Source of the DNA: Prorocentrum cordatum | Taxonomy: Eukaryota | NCBI GenBank assembly: GCA_963575745.1 | Contig: CAUYUJ010000316.1 | Span: 1 to 64,000 of the forward strand | Length of the DNA: 64,000 bases | Direction of reading: 5' to 3' | Shown here: piece by piece, positions 24,401 through 33,989 of the stretch | Position numbering within the stretch: position 1 is the stretch's first letter | How the letters are laid out: each line of letters starts with the position of its first letter | Program-made: the position numbers and the translations under genes | The notes under the pieces: generated by a model | Told to the model about the DNA's origin: nothing | The model's input: the letters and a program-made list of their open reading frames with translations, nothing else | Database searches by the model: none

Positions 24401-25568
24401 CCACGTCGTCCAATCGCTCGCAAGCACAATCCTTCATCGTCTGCACCTCCTCAGGCTGACCACCAAGGAACCCCACGTTGTCCACGTAGACATAGTGGAG
24501 AGGCTGCCCACCTGAGGTAATCAGGCGCGAGCCGCCAAACGTCTGCAGGCGCCGATCGGCGGTCGCGCCCGTGGCATCCTCCACCTGCTTGGTGACCGCC
24601 TCCTGCACGAGGTAGAGTGACCACTTGAACCCCATGGGGAGCACCGCGAAGCAGGGGTGCACCCAGCGGTCTGGCGACAGCCACTCCCCCTCAGCCTCGT
24701 GGAGGTGGAGCTCCTCCGCTCGAAGCGGCGGAAGCCCGAAGTAGCGGCTGAGCTCCACATCGATCTTGAAGCGGTAGAACGCGTCCCGCACGTCGCCTGT
24801 GCTGATGAACACCTCCGTGTCGTCGTCGACCTCGATGAGCCCTAGCGACTCGGCGGTGGCCAGCTCCACTCCGGGGGGGTCGCGAAAGCGGCGATTGCTG
24901 CGGCGAGCGTCGACCACTAGCCGCTGCATCCCCGACTTCTTCTTCACGCAGAACACGGTGGCGCGCTCCTTGACAGCGGTGCACCACCGCAACACACCAA
25001 TTGACTCCAGCCGACGGACAAACTTGATGTAGGCCTGTCGATCCCCCGACAAGTTTCGGTCCATGTAGGGTGTGACCGGCTCCGAGTTGTCCTCCAGCTC
25101 CCAAAATTCGATGTCAGGCCTGACCATACGTTCTTCAAAATCTACCAGCATTGATGCAGCCTCAGCTGGCACCACATCGACCGCGTAGGGACAGTCCTTG
25201 CACGACGCGGGTACCGACAACAGCTCTTCCTGGTAGTCGCTCACAATGTGCTCATCCGAGTCGTACCCGGCTCGGGAACGCAGAAGCGCGCGTGCGGCTT
25301 CATGCGGACGAGGTACAGCATCAACAGCCTGAGAGCGCTCCATCACGCCCTTGATGTGCTGGACGGCCTCGGCCTGCGCCGGCGAGCATATCCCCTCGGG
25401 GGCCGCCCCACCGCACCCGCTCAGCCAGTTCAGGGTTGAAATGGCATCATTGGCACGACGAGTGATGGCCTGACGACGAGCGACTCGCTGACACACGCCT
25501 CGGCTGAGACCAGGACGGCGAGGCCCCTCCTCTGCCAGCGGCGGCAAAGGGAAGACCTCAGGCTGCAT
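21489..25568 (-). CDS. pol: RT-RNase H, continuing in frame to a C-terminal C5 cytosine methyltransferase domain (about 21489-22240)
   Basis: Likely ATG at 25568 (MQPEVFPLP). RT: QRLVVDAR, DVRDAFY, VLPMGFKWS, YVDN. RNase H: VATDAC, IHILEA, FLGDN, NPADGPSR. MTase: EDVYSGCGG, ATPCHTLSRAR, ENP, DFCQFGTRWRKAT. Confidence 0.9.
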   Translation of the reverse strand: MQPEVFPLPPLAEEGPRRPGLSRGVCQRVARRQAITRRANDAISTLNWLSGCGGAAPEGICSPAQAEAVQHIKGVMERSQAVDAVPRPHEAARALLRSRAGYDSDEHIVSDYQEELLSVPASCKDCPYAVDVVPAEAASMLVDFEERMVRPDIEFWELEDNSEPVTPYMDRNLSGDRQAYIKFVRRLESIGVLRWCTAVKERATVFCVKKKSGMQRLVVDARRSNRRFRDPPGVELATAESLGLIEVDDDTEVFISTGDVRDAFYRFKIDVELSRYFGLPPLRAEELHLHEAEGEWLSPDRWVHPCFAVLPMGFKWSLYLVQEAVTKQVEDATGATADRRLQTFGGSRLITSGGQPLHYVYVDNVGFLGGQPEEVQTMKDCACERLDDVGLSTHERVEAQTQSEVLGVAIDGGKGMVSTSLKRMWKVDSLLTWLLDRGVASGHQLESTVGHLTFIFMLRRPLLSVLSATYQVIRSAGGEQVDLWPSVRAELSAARALLPFAFAQWRLPWHGEVVATDACPTGWGVVESSWSDKNVKQVGRVDERMRFRVRQDMAHRAHALAGSRDALEDKFTVYVPKGTNDPNEYWEEDPKFPDISPDWIHEAPWKFVYAGRFCRREAIHILEAKGMIWALRRLAKRPGIGGRHVVFLGDNMGQILAFCKGRASDFQMNICCRRWCALSLALNIRCHVRWVPSELNPADGPSRRYEPGHKRPKPDAVAGADPAAAGSARGSAPVEQRAQCCTEGVGYSVGSTAEGDPASAEERADLAAGEAEEAEYGAGEAGPLLGGGRRPRPLVPGDEGRGGEGRPAVRGGDGGVRAGLRQARSLARLHGGGRFRPDRGVRREVLQRHGRERRALPAGGHQGPPPGVRASWDPSASPRPPCPPGLGPPGSWAVAAPRGATGVGGPDGGAGAGGLPHDGHRDAGRACDLRAAWGDSRAEGEVAHPPVVERGSPLGVRHPAVRGAEADQGGDLRRHRHLGQRGGVDHAAAARAGARQERRRARLQLQLRRIPEAVQGGCEAAGAPRAGPLPAPPQRRVVGSSAAATHAGRDHEAWPLGQPQKRRPLREGRPCAGTVAAAAQKLPAVRPVVRGQPAGRDAERPRPARRTVAAAQWAFEDVYSGCGGVAAEVTKLGGRATVTDVVHGPDHDLTKNRNQQRLLNRVRTGKIKGVMIATPCHTLSRARRGRPPPLRSNEFPWGLAELSAVDMEKVRIGNLLTRFTIKLVRLCLRMKVPCIVENPLTSMFWILPEVLRFLACPQVKLERVDFCQFGTRWRKATRLMLCNIPDGVCRTLDSFKCKGRGVCSRSGRPHLELSGKAPNGKSWTLIAQPYPPRLCKKLAEVFHSCHLARSGQGLLSNLS
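22181..23509 (-). CDS. Tyrosine recombinase, overlapping pol in another frame
   Basis: Catalytic set YARPGE (R), PTKVG (K), YQLRHSGAS, RGRW, RYEKGG (Y). Confidence 0.93.
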   Translation of the reverse strand: MFVGCRLSSIPPTVHRGGTSPGTSGRSPMRLQGLTRPPPVRREDRRLLSNGRSAAQKASAIPSARPRREIPRLPRSVPISQPAKLRRLSTALVRQDRFSVEADALGRSFLETKAVGEKVDQQYVEVMEGFVQDCARLGLSLDSTEEVDFALIEVFDEKFFNGMDGSVGHYLLAAIKGLRPEFGRAGTLRLPRAHRALQGWDRLAPGQSRLPEARPVWAALMVELVRAGFRTMAIETLAALVTYARPGEIHELKAKWLIPPSSNVGPHWAFVIRPSEELRPTKVGIYDDTVIWDKEEAWTTQLLRELVRGKNGDEPVFNYSYAAYLKQFKAAAKRLGLPELVPYQLRHSGASWDRLQLRRTLDEIMKRGRWGSHKSVARYEKGGRAQAQWQRLPKSFQQFALWCEANLQDVMLNGLAPPAVPSLPRSGLLRTSTPAAEVSQRK

Positions 25569-25698
25569 CTTGAAAAAGAAGGTGAAGCTCAAGTAGGCGC
25601 CGAACGCGAGCCTGAGCTGAAACGCTGCGCCCGAAAGCGCTGCCCCTCTGAGGTAGAAGCGACTAGCAGCGGGGTCCCTGCCAGTCGCCGTCGCACAG

Positions 25699-27195
25699 CT
25701 AAGCGTCTGCCGCGCCTCCAGCCCCCTTCTTGGCGGCTGCCTTTGCCTTCGGGTTGGCGGTGGCTGCACGCACTTCTTGGGCCTTCTGGCGCTGCTTCTC
25801 AATCTCGGCTTTCTCTTTGGCACGGGTGGCCACGTGAGCGGTGAGGGCTGGGGCGATCCCCGCCGTCCGCTGCTGATGGCCTGACCACAGTTCCTCATCC
25901 TCAAAGCGCCCCTCTCCTGGACCACGACTGGCCGCGTCCAACAGCAGCTGCATCCTCCTCGCCAGCACCTCGAACGCGGCCAGCGACGCGAGGTTGAGCT
26001 GATCGTAGCACCCGGCGTGCTCCAGCAGGCGGCACATCGCCTGGAGCTCGTACGCGAGGCGGTCCGAAGCGGCGATGCGGTTCTCGACGAGATACTTGTG
26101 ATACCACTGCATCGGGGAGCCTCCAGTCCTCTCAATGTTCTTCGCCATCCACAGCATGGTGCGCGGGCCCTCGACGGGCCAGTCCTCATAGAAGCTCTCG
26201 TGCATCTTGGCGACGGCATCCTTCCACGAGCGGAACCTCTCGCCCTGCTCGTCGTACTGCACGGACAGGGTCCTGGCGTCGTCAAGGTCCAGCTCAGGCG
26301 GCGCGCTCGCAGGGCCAGGCAGAGGAGGCACAGGTGCCGCAGGCCCGTCGCGGGCCATGAGCGCGGCAATGTCCTTCCAGCGCCTGGCCCCAAAGCCAGG
26401 CACGTCGTCCACGTGGAGGCGGTAGAGCACCACGACGTCCTCGGCGGTCCGACCCGCGGCAGGGGTCGCGGCGACGCTCACCAGCATCCGATCCCCCAGC
26501 CTGCGAGCGTCCTTCTCGGCAAGGATCGTCGCGACGGTGAACTCGGTGCCGAGAGGGAACGAGGAGCTCGGCTCGCCAACGACCCAGCGGTAGTCCTTCT
26601 CGTCCTCCACGATGGCGGTCGCCTCGGCGGCGACAGCCTCCTCTCGGGGTGGAGAGGTCTGGGTGCCCCCCTTGTCGTCGTCCTCGTCCTCGGGCGCATC
26701 CAGCACAATCGGTGGCGCCTTACCCCGCCCGCGGCGGGCAGGAGCACCTCCCAGCCGCCAGAAGTCCTCCAGCGCCAGCACGCGCCCGTCCCACTGCTGC
26801 GTGTGGAGCGGCGCGGGCAGTGGCACCTCGCCAGCGGCGAGCGCCTGGCGCGCCAAGTGCCGAGCCTCGATCACCTTCTCGCGGAGCTCCCGGGCGCCGA
26901 TCTCACGTCGGAACCGGTACCTCGGCGAGGCCACGTGCCGAGGAACCCCGCCACCAGGTGCCAGCACGATGAACTCCTCGATGTCAGGGCCTGACAGACA
27001 TTCAGGCATCTGGTCGCCGTCAGGGGACTCCGTGATCCACTCCTCGAAGCTCACCGGCCACAGGCACACGCGCTCGTGCAGGAGGTCCTCCCCGGCGTCC
27101 ATGTAGCGCACCAGGATCCTACTGCCCGGCATCAGCCCTCTCAATGACGCCGCCACCCCGGAGGGCAGGGCGCCTGATCCTGCTGCCACCAGCAT
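25699..27195 (-). CDS. gag-like ORF of the YR retrotransposon
   Basis: About 500 aa, protein-like (HERVCLWP, WPVEGPR, YDQLNLASLAAFE), in the gag position upstream of pol. First ATG at 27195. Confidence 0.75.
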   Translation of the reverse strand: MLVAAGSGALPSGVAASLRGLMPGSRILVRYMDAGEDLLHERVCLWPVSFEEWITESPDGDQMPECLSGPDIEEFIVLAPGGGVPRHVASPRYRFRREIGARELREKVIEARHLARQALAAGEVPLPAPLHTQQWDGRVLALEDFWRLGGAPARRGRGKAPPIVLDAPEDEDDDKGGTQTSPPREEAVAAEATAIVEDEKDYRWVVGEPSSSFPLGTEFTVATILAEKDARRLGDRMLVSVAATPAAGRTAEDVVVLYRLHVDDVPGFGARRWKDIAALMARDGPAAPVPPLPGPASAPPELDLDDARTLSVQYDEQGERFRSWKDAVAKMHESFYEDWPVEGPRTMLWMAKNIERTGGSPMQWYHKYLVENRIAASDRLAYELQAMCRLLEHAGCYDQLNLASLAAFEVLARRMQLLLDAASRGPGEGRFEDEELWSGHQQRTAGIAPALTAHVATRAKEKAEIEKQRQKAQEVRAATANPKAKAAAKKGAGGAADA

Positions 27196-27526
27196 CCTGA
27201 CGGGCTCCGCGTCGCGCGCCGGCACAGAAGCCGCCGACCGCCGCCACCACCACGTTGAACACGACGGCCGCGATGAGCAGCGCCCACGGCGGCCCCTCCG
27301 GGCAGCTCAGCGTCGGGCACGCCGGGCAGACCGCCTCCGGACACGTCACCTCCGGGCAGGTCAGGTTGGGACAGGCAGGGCCGGGCGGACAGGGCGGTGG
27401 GAGCGGGCAGGGCTCTGACTGACCGCCGGTCGAGGTCCAACTGGCCACCACGCCGGCCACCGCACCGCGGCCTATCTCCCGCGCCCCCGACTGGAGGAGG
27501 TCGCTCAGATAGTCTGGGAGCACCAT
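27119..27526 (-). CDS. Small Cys/Pro-repeat membrane protein (ORF0 of the YR element)
   Basis: ATG about 20 bp inside repeat A1. Repeated CP(x3)CP units followed by hydrophobic WALLIAAVVFNVVVAAVGGFCAG and a basic tail. Confidence 0.6.
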   Translation of the reverse strand: MVLPDYLSDLLQSGAREIGRGAVAGVVASWTSTGGQSEPCPLPPPCPPGPACPNLTCPEVTCPEAVCPACPTLSCPEGPPWALLIAAVVFNVVVAAVGGFCAGARRGARQDAGGSRIRRPALRGGGVIERADAGQ

Positions 27527-29110
27527 CCAAGGTGCGACGCCTCAAAAACTTTGAGCAAAAATGGGCCGCGGTCGCTTCCCACTCTCGCAGTTTCCACCCG
27601 CCCTCATTCCAGTCAAAGACAGTGCCATACAGGTTAAAACATGTTCAACACATTTTTAGACATCTGGAAATGATTTGGCAGCATGCTTCCTCTCCATACA
27701 TCGACTTCCACAAGCGCCAAGCCCGGATGGACACGAGCAGGGACAAGAGCAGGTGCACGCCCCGAGGGGCGGCCCTCGCAGAGCTCGGCGGGGGCGCTGG
27801 AGCGCAGCAACTCACAGGTCGTAACACGTGATTGCTTCACGACCCAGAATCACGGCCCTCGTGCCAGGCACCGCCGAGGACGCGGCTTCCCCCACCTCCT
27901 CCTCCTCCTCCTCCTCCTCCTCCTCGTCCTGCTCCTCCTCCTCCTCCTCCTCCTCCTCCTCCTCCTCCTCCTCCTCCTCCTCCTCCACCTCCTCCTGCTC
28001 CGACCCAGGATCTGCAGCATTGGCTCCGCTGGGTGCCAGCCACCATCTAGCAGCGTGGCCACCACCGCTCGAAGAGGCCCTCTAACCCCAGTCAACCTGC
28101 GGACGCCGAGCTCGAGGATGCGTGATCGGATCTTCCGCCAAGCTTGAACAACCCTGCCGTGCATGTCCGGGGGGCCTCTGCCACGATGGGAGGATGAGGC
28201 GGAGGAGGAAGAGGAGGAGGAGGAGAAGGAGGGGGAGGGGGAGGAGCAGGGAGAGGCGTGGGGGGGAGGGGGGGGGAGGAGGACGGGGCGAGGGGGAGGA
28301 AGGGGATGGGGAAGGAGGAGGAGGGCGAGGAGGAGGAGGAGGAGGAGGAGGAAGAGGAGGAGGCAGGAGAGGAGGAGGAGGAGGAAAACGGGGACGAGAG
28401 GGGAGGAGGAGCGGAAAAGGAGGAGGCAGGGGAGGGGGAAGAGGAGGAAGAGGGGCAGGGACGATCTCCCCCCCCCCCCCAGCGTCGGCCGCCGGGGTGC
28501 CACGCCTGGTCCCGCACCTGCCTGTGCAGCGATGCCCAGTAGTCCACGGACTGCGGGTCCAGCAGGTTCGAGGCCTGGGCACGTGTTTTCTTTTGTTGCG
28601 GGCCACCACGGGGTGGTGGGGGATCCCTCCGTCCTTGATCCCTCCTCCTGCTCCTCCTCCCCCTCCTCCTCCTCTTCTCCTCCTTTTCCCCCCTCCTGCG
28701 CCCTCCTCCTCCCCCCTCCTCCCCCCTCCTCCTCCCTCCTCGCCCTCCCTCCTGCTCCCCACTCTCTTCCCACCCTCCTCCACTCGGGGGGAGGGGGGGC
28801 AAGCATCGGAGCTCGAGGCTCCAGGCCCGTGAGCGTTGCTCCTTGCTCACCCTTCCTGGGGGGGGGGCCCTCGGGAGATTCCCTCGTCGTCAGCGTCGCA
28901 GCGCGCGAGAGGTGCGTCTTGAAAGGCCGCGGTCCCCGCGAGGAGGAGGAGGCGGAGGAAGACGTGCCATCCTCCTCCCCCTCCGCCTCCTCCGCCTCCT
29001 CCCCCTCCGCCCCCTCCTCCTCCTCCTCCTCCGCCTCCTCCTCCTCCGCCTCCTCCGCTCCCTCCTCCTCCTCCTCCTCCTCCTCCTCCTCCTCCTCCTC
29101 CTCCTCCTCC

Positions 29111-29656
29111 ACAATTACTCAATATGAATACTCCTCTCCCTCTTCCCCTGATGACGGCTTGAAAGTGTCCGACCCCCCCCGCGTATTGATTTTTTACACA
29201 GGTTTCCCCGGAAATGGGTTTTCGCCTGCATTTGTTTCCAAAATGCTGCTCTCGCTGAGGCGCCGGCCTCATTTTCGGGCCCCGCTCGTTCCGAATCGTG
29301 CTCCCGCTGCAGCGCTGGCCTCATTTCCGTGCTTCCGCCCGTGCCGGATCGTGCTCCCGCTGCAGCGCTGGCCTCATTTCCACGCTTCCGCTCGTTTCGA
29401 CTCGTGCTCTCGCTGCAGCGCTGGCGTCATTTCCCGTGCCATGCCACGGCGTGCAATGCAATGCTAGGTTGATACTACGCTTTGCGGTGCTCTTCTACGC
29501 CATGCCATGCCGTGCTCTACAATGCATCGCGTACCCTTTCGGGATCAGTGCCCTGCTCGACATCCAACAGTGCGAGTAGAGAAGGGATCTACGCCATGGT
29601 AAGGGATGGGAGGGAGGGGTAGGATGTCAGATATGACGCGAGCGCACCTAGCTTGT
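29111..29656 (+). mobile_element. Complete 546-bp non-autonomous element ACAATTACTCAATAT...CACCTAGCTTGT within (CCT)n
   Basis: Sharp borders against CCT tracts, homology to 1-739, and three internal tandem units (TCGTGCTCCCGCTGCAGCGCTGGCCTCATTTCC). Confidence 0.75.
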
Positions 29657-30749
29657 CCCACCCCCTCCTCCTCATCCCCTTCCTCCTCCTCCTCCTCCTC
29701 CTCCTCCTCCTCCTCCTCCTCCTCCCCCTCCTCCTCCCCCTCCTCCTGCCCCTATAGATCTCCGCCCCTCCTTTCTCCTTCATCCTCCCTCCTCCGACAT
29801 CATCATCTTTCCCCCTCCTGCTCGTCGCTGTCCTCACCCCTTTCTCCATCATGCTCCCGGCCCCTGCCATTCTCCTCATCCCGCCTCACCCTCCTATGCC
29901 CCACTCCTCCTCATTCCTCTGCCAACGCAGCTTGAACGTCCGTGGCGCGTTTGCTCGCTTGCTTGCTTGCTTTCTCGACCACTCTTTATCCCCCGTGGCC
30001 TTCATATTTCATCTCATCATCCATCCGCCATCCTCTATGATGCCTCCTCCCTCCTCCTCCTCCTCCTCCTCCTCCTCCTCCTCCTCCTCCTCCTCCTCCT
30101 CCTCCTCCTGCCCCTCCTCCCGCTCCTCCTCCTCCTCCTGCCCCTCCTCCTCCTCCTCCTCCTCCTCCTGCACCCCCTGCACCCTCCTCATCCTCCCCTC
30201 GTCGCCTCCAATCTCGGTTCGTCCTCCTCTTCTCCCTTTCTCTCATCCCTTCCCCTCCTCGGCATGCTCCATCATCTACCTTTGTCTTGTCATGGTCCCG
30301 ACCCCCGACACTGGTTGTCAGACATGATGTTCAACCTGGCTCAGTCTCTCTCTCCCTCTTCATGCTCCCTCCTCGTCCTCCCCTTTCCCCCCCTCCTACC
30401 CTCGATTCCCCCTTCCTCCTCACTCCCTCCCTCCTCTCTTCCGAGCGCCCCCAGCGGGCGCGCTGGCGAGTGGGTGATGATGTGCAGTGGGTGATTCGAG
30501 TGGGTGGTGCAGATGGTCCTTTCTGGCGCGGTTGGTGTGCAATGGGTGATATTATGTGAGCCATTGCCCGATTGCTGGCACCGTGTGTGCGCATCTGGCG
30601 CGGTTGGTCTCCAGCAGGGCAGTTTCTGGTGCGGCTGGTCACCCGTACACGGAGCTCAAGCTTCTTCCCTGAGGCGTTTGAAGGATGAGACGCACTATTG
30701 GTGGCCGGCTGGGCCCTCCCTCACTCCCTTTCCAGAGGCCCCCCCAATG

Positions 30750-31380
30750 AGGCGTCGATGTATCGGCGATGCATCGGTCACCACGTCGGCGTAGAGAAAA
30801 TCGGGCTCCACATCGACCCGCACCGCCGATGCATCGGCGATGCGGCGCGAGCCTCCGACCCCATCTGGGAGGCCTGCAGGAGGCCAGCCTGGCCAGCGTT
30901 GTCCCCCCAGACCTGTCTCTGGCGGTCCAAGGAACTGGAGTCGGAGGATCGCGCCGCTAAATCTGAAATCTGACGCGAACTCCCGCCGCAGGCATCCAAC
31001 GAAAACTAGACCGTCAAAATCTGGGACGCGCTCGTCAAAAAGCGCTGGCAAACCGAGTTCGGGCTCACTCGAGTCTTACGTTTCCCCGACAATACAGCGC
31101 CCATGCATCGCCGATGCATCGGCGATGCGGCGCGAGCATCCGACCCCATCTGGGAGGCCTGGAGGAGGCCAACCTGGCCAGCCTGTCACCCAAATCCTGT
31201 CCCTGGCGGTCCAAGGAACTGGGACGGAAGATCGCGCCGCATCGGCGATGCAGCGCCGATGCAGCGCCGATGTATCGGCCATGTCGGCGTAGAGAATATT
31301 GGGCCCCACGTCGATCCGCACCGCCGATGCGTCGGCGATGCGGCGCGATCATCCGACTCCATCTGCTCGGACCTCATCTC
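30750..31380. repeat. GCATCGGCGATGC-rich composite repeat with duplicated blocks
   Basis: About 30825-30957 resembles 31110-31240, and 30757-30850 resembles 31268-31350. Related motifs at 2760-2875 and 11505-11650. Confidence 0.75.
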
Positions 31381-33463
31381 GGCGGCTTAAAATATTTCTT
31401 TGGACGCCCGAAACCCAGACATGCGACGTCCTGATGTTTTCAATACGCGGTCCCCAACATCCCGACCATTTTCCCCGGGACTGGTTTTCCATCCTGCATC
31501 GTTTGTTGACGGTCCGGTGGCTCAGCGAGGGCCCCCGGAGCTTGAATATGGCCCAACACTTCCCGTCGTGATTTTTTGAGACGTGATCATGTTTGGGAAG
31601 GTGTACAGAGCAAATGGGTACGATGCCCAACGACAAGCGTTGTTCAAATCCGACAGCGGCGGCTCTTGGGCACTTGACTCGCAAGTATGGCGCTCTCAAG
31701 CCCGTGCCTTTGTTTCAGTGGCTCTGTCTAGCTCTCGGCCTCCGAGGCCTCTTCAGGACAGCCCTTGACTGAAATGGCTAAGGAATGATGTCCGCACGTG
31801 CACATGCGACACACTGCTGACTGCAGTGCTGCGCGATAGGCGAGTCGCTGCACCTGCAGATGACGATCAGCGGCCCCCCACGGCCCGGCGCGGCGCGGCC
31901 TCATGGTTCATGTAGTGGCCGGGGTGCTCGACTATCCTCGGGGCAAGCGTGGTCGGACCACGCCCGAGGGCGCCCCTGGCCCAAGGTGCCCCCAGCTGCA
32001 GATGTGTCGCTCCGCTTCGGCGCCTCGGGGGCCCCCTGGGCCTCGTGAGGGGTGCACAGATGGTCGTACAGGATGGTCTAGGCGTGCTCGGTCTGCGCAC
32101 GCAATCTTCTAGGTCCCGCCTCCCCCCCCCCCCTCCATCTCGGGGGGGTGCTGGAGGTGTCCCTGGCCCGAGGTGCCCCCAGCCCTTCGCTCAGCTTTGG
32201 GGCCGCTGGGGCCCGCTGGGGGATGTTCGTCTTCCGCTCCATCTCCCATATTTTCCCATATTTTCCCGGGAATCGACGAATCATTGTGTCTGCGTTTTTT
32301 TTCCTCTCGACTTGGACCTCCTGGGGGCACTTCTAGCAACACCCGACCAGCGGCCAGGCCCACGGCGACGCCTCCACCTGGGACCCTTGCGCAGGCGCGC
32401 CGCGCAAGCCCCCCCCCACCCCTGCCGATTGTTACCTCCGCCGGCGGAGCCGCCCTCGTTCTACTTCCGCCAGCTGAGGCCGCCTTCTGCCGAGAGAGAG
32501 GTGCCGACTCATTCGGTCCTCGAAGACGCGGCCCGTTCTGGAACCCCTCAGATGTATGCTGTCGCGCGTAGACAGCATGCATGTGTGCTGCGAGACACTA
32601 CAAAAACTGGGGGAACCGGCATGCACCCATACCGCTTCTCCCCGGATCTCTCCTGGGGTGCGTTCTGACCAGACCTTCGAGGCCCATCCAGCGGTGGCGA
32701 CGAGGGCCTCCCAGGACGCCCGACGAGGCGAAAGCGGGGGACGGCTGGGGCTGCTGGGGCACCTCGTCCTCCCCCGAAGAGGTGCACGTGTGGGCCCGCG
32801 GGGCGGCGCAGTGGACGCCGTCGTGGCCGCGCAATGGACGCCGTCGTGGCCGCGCCGCCGTGGCGGGGGCGGCTCCTGAGGGTGGCCGCGCAGTGGACGC
32901 CGTCGTCGCGCGCGCTGGGCCCCGCCTGGGGCAGCCGACCACGCGCGGCTGCGGGGCCGCGGGAGAGGGGGGGGGGGGGGGCAGGGAGCACGGAGGACAG
33001 AGCACGGAGGAGGAGGGGAGGAGGAGGGGAAGGGGAGGGGGAGGGGAGGAGATGGAGGGGAGGGAGGAGGAGGAGGAGGGAGGAAGAGGAGGAGGAGGAG
33101 GAGGAGGAGGAAAGGAGGAGGGAGGGAGGCGGAGGAAGGAGAGGAGGAGAGGAGGAGGAGGGATGGAGGAGGAAGGAGGAGGGGGGGGGGGAGGAGGAGG
33201 AGGCGGAGGGAGGAGGAGAAGGAGGAGGAGCAGGGGTGGGCGTGGGGTCCAAGGAGGAGGAGGACGACGACGAGGAGGGAGGAGGGAGGAGCAGGAGGAG
33301 GCGAAGGAGGAGGAGGCGGACAGAGGGGGGGCTCCGAGGACAAAGGAGGACAAGGTGGGTGTGGGGGGGCGCGGGGTACAGCGAGGGCGGAGGCGGATGC
33401 CAGAGGAGGACGAGGAAGGCGGAGGGGGAAGACGAGAGGGATGAGGACGGAGGAGGAGGACCG

Positions 33464-33589
33464 TCCCAAGAGGCCCAAAGCATTGAAGCGCATCCTTGTT
33501 TATGTACTCGTTTGACATACTCAGAATCCCAAGAGGCCCAAAGCATTGAAGCGCATCCTTGTTTATGTACTCGTTTGACATACTCAGAA
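33464..33589 (+). repeat. Perfect 63-bp tandem duplication
   Basis: TCCCAAGAGGCCCAAAGCATTG...GACATACTCAGAA occurs twice. Confidence 0.95.
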
Positions 33590-33989
33590 TTGGGGTCCTC
33601 AGAACGCCGAAGACGGCCCAAGAGGCCCCCAAAACAACCCACCGACGTCACCGAAGCCCCCAGACAATGCCGAAGAGGACCCCAAGACGGCCCAATGAGG
33701 GGCATCACAGGGGGAATTCGGTCCCATACCCCCAAGATGACCATCGAGCCCGCCAAGGGGCCCTCCAAAGCTCCAGATGCCCCCCAGCACCCCCCACGAG
33801 GCCCCAAAAAACCTCCTCCAACAGGCCACCAAAAGACCCGCAAGGCGCTCCCGAAAGGCCTCCCAAAAAACCTCAAGAGGCATCTAAGAGGTCCCTGTAG
33901 CCACGACCACGGCACGGCGGCGGAATGGGCCGAATGCCCCTGGAACCTTTCACAAAGGACGCCCTTGGGCGCGTCTGGAGTTTGTCGCG

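Larger units (their letters stand above)
21063..27628 (-). mobile_element. Complete tyrosine-recombinase retrotransposon (DIRS group, Ngaro/PAT-type split direct repeats) carrying a C5 methyltransferase
   Basis: Repeat A (84 bp) at 27545-27628 equals 21240-21323. Repeat B (120 bp) at 21322-21441 equals 21063-21182. Order on the minus strand is A1-ORFs-B1-A2-B2, and the ORFs are intact. Confidence 0.95.

Noticed and set aside
25569..26393. N-terminal extension of the 1634-aa ORF overlapping gag
   Set aside because: It is an Arg/Ser-rich shadow frame of gag. Protein-like sequence starts at MQPEVFPLP (25568).
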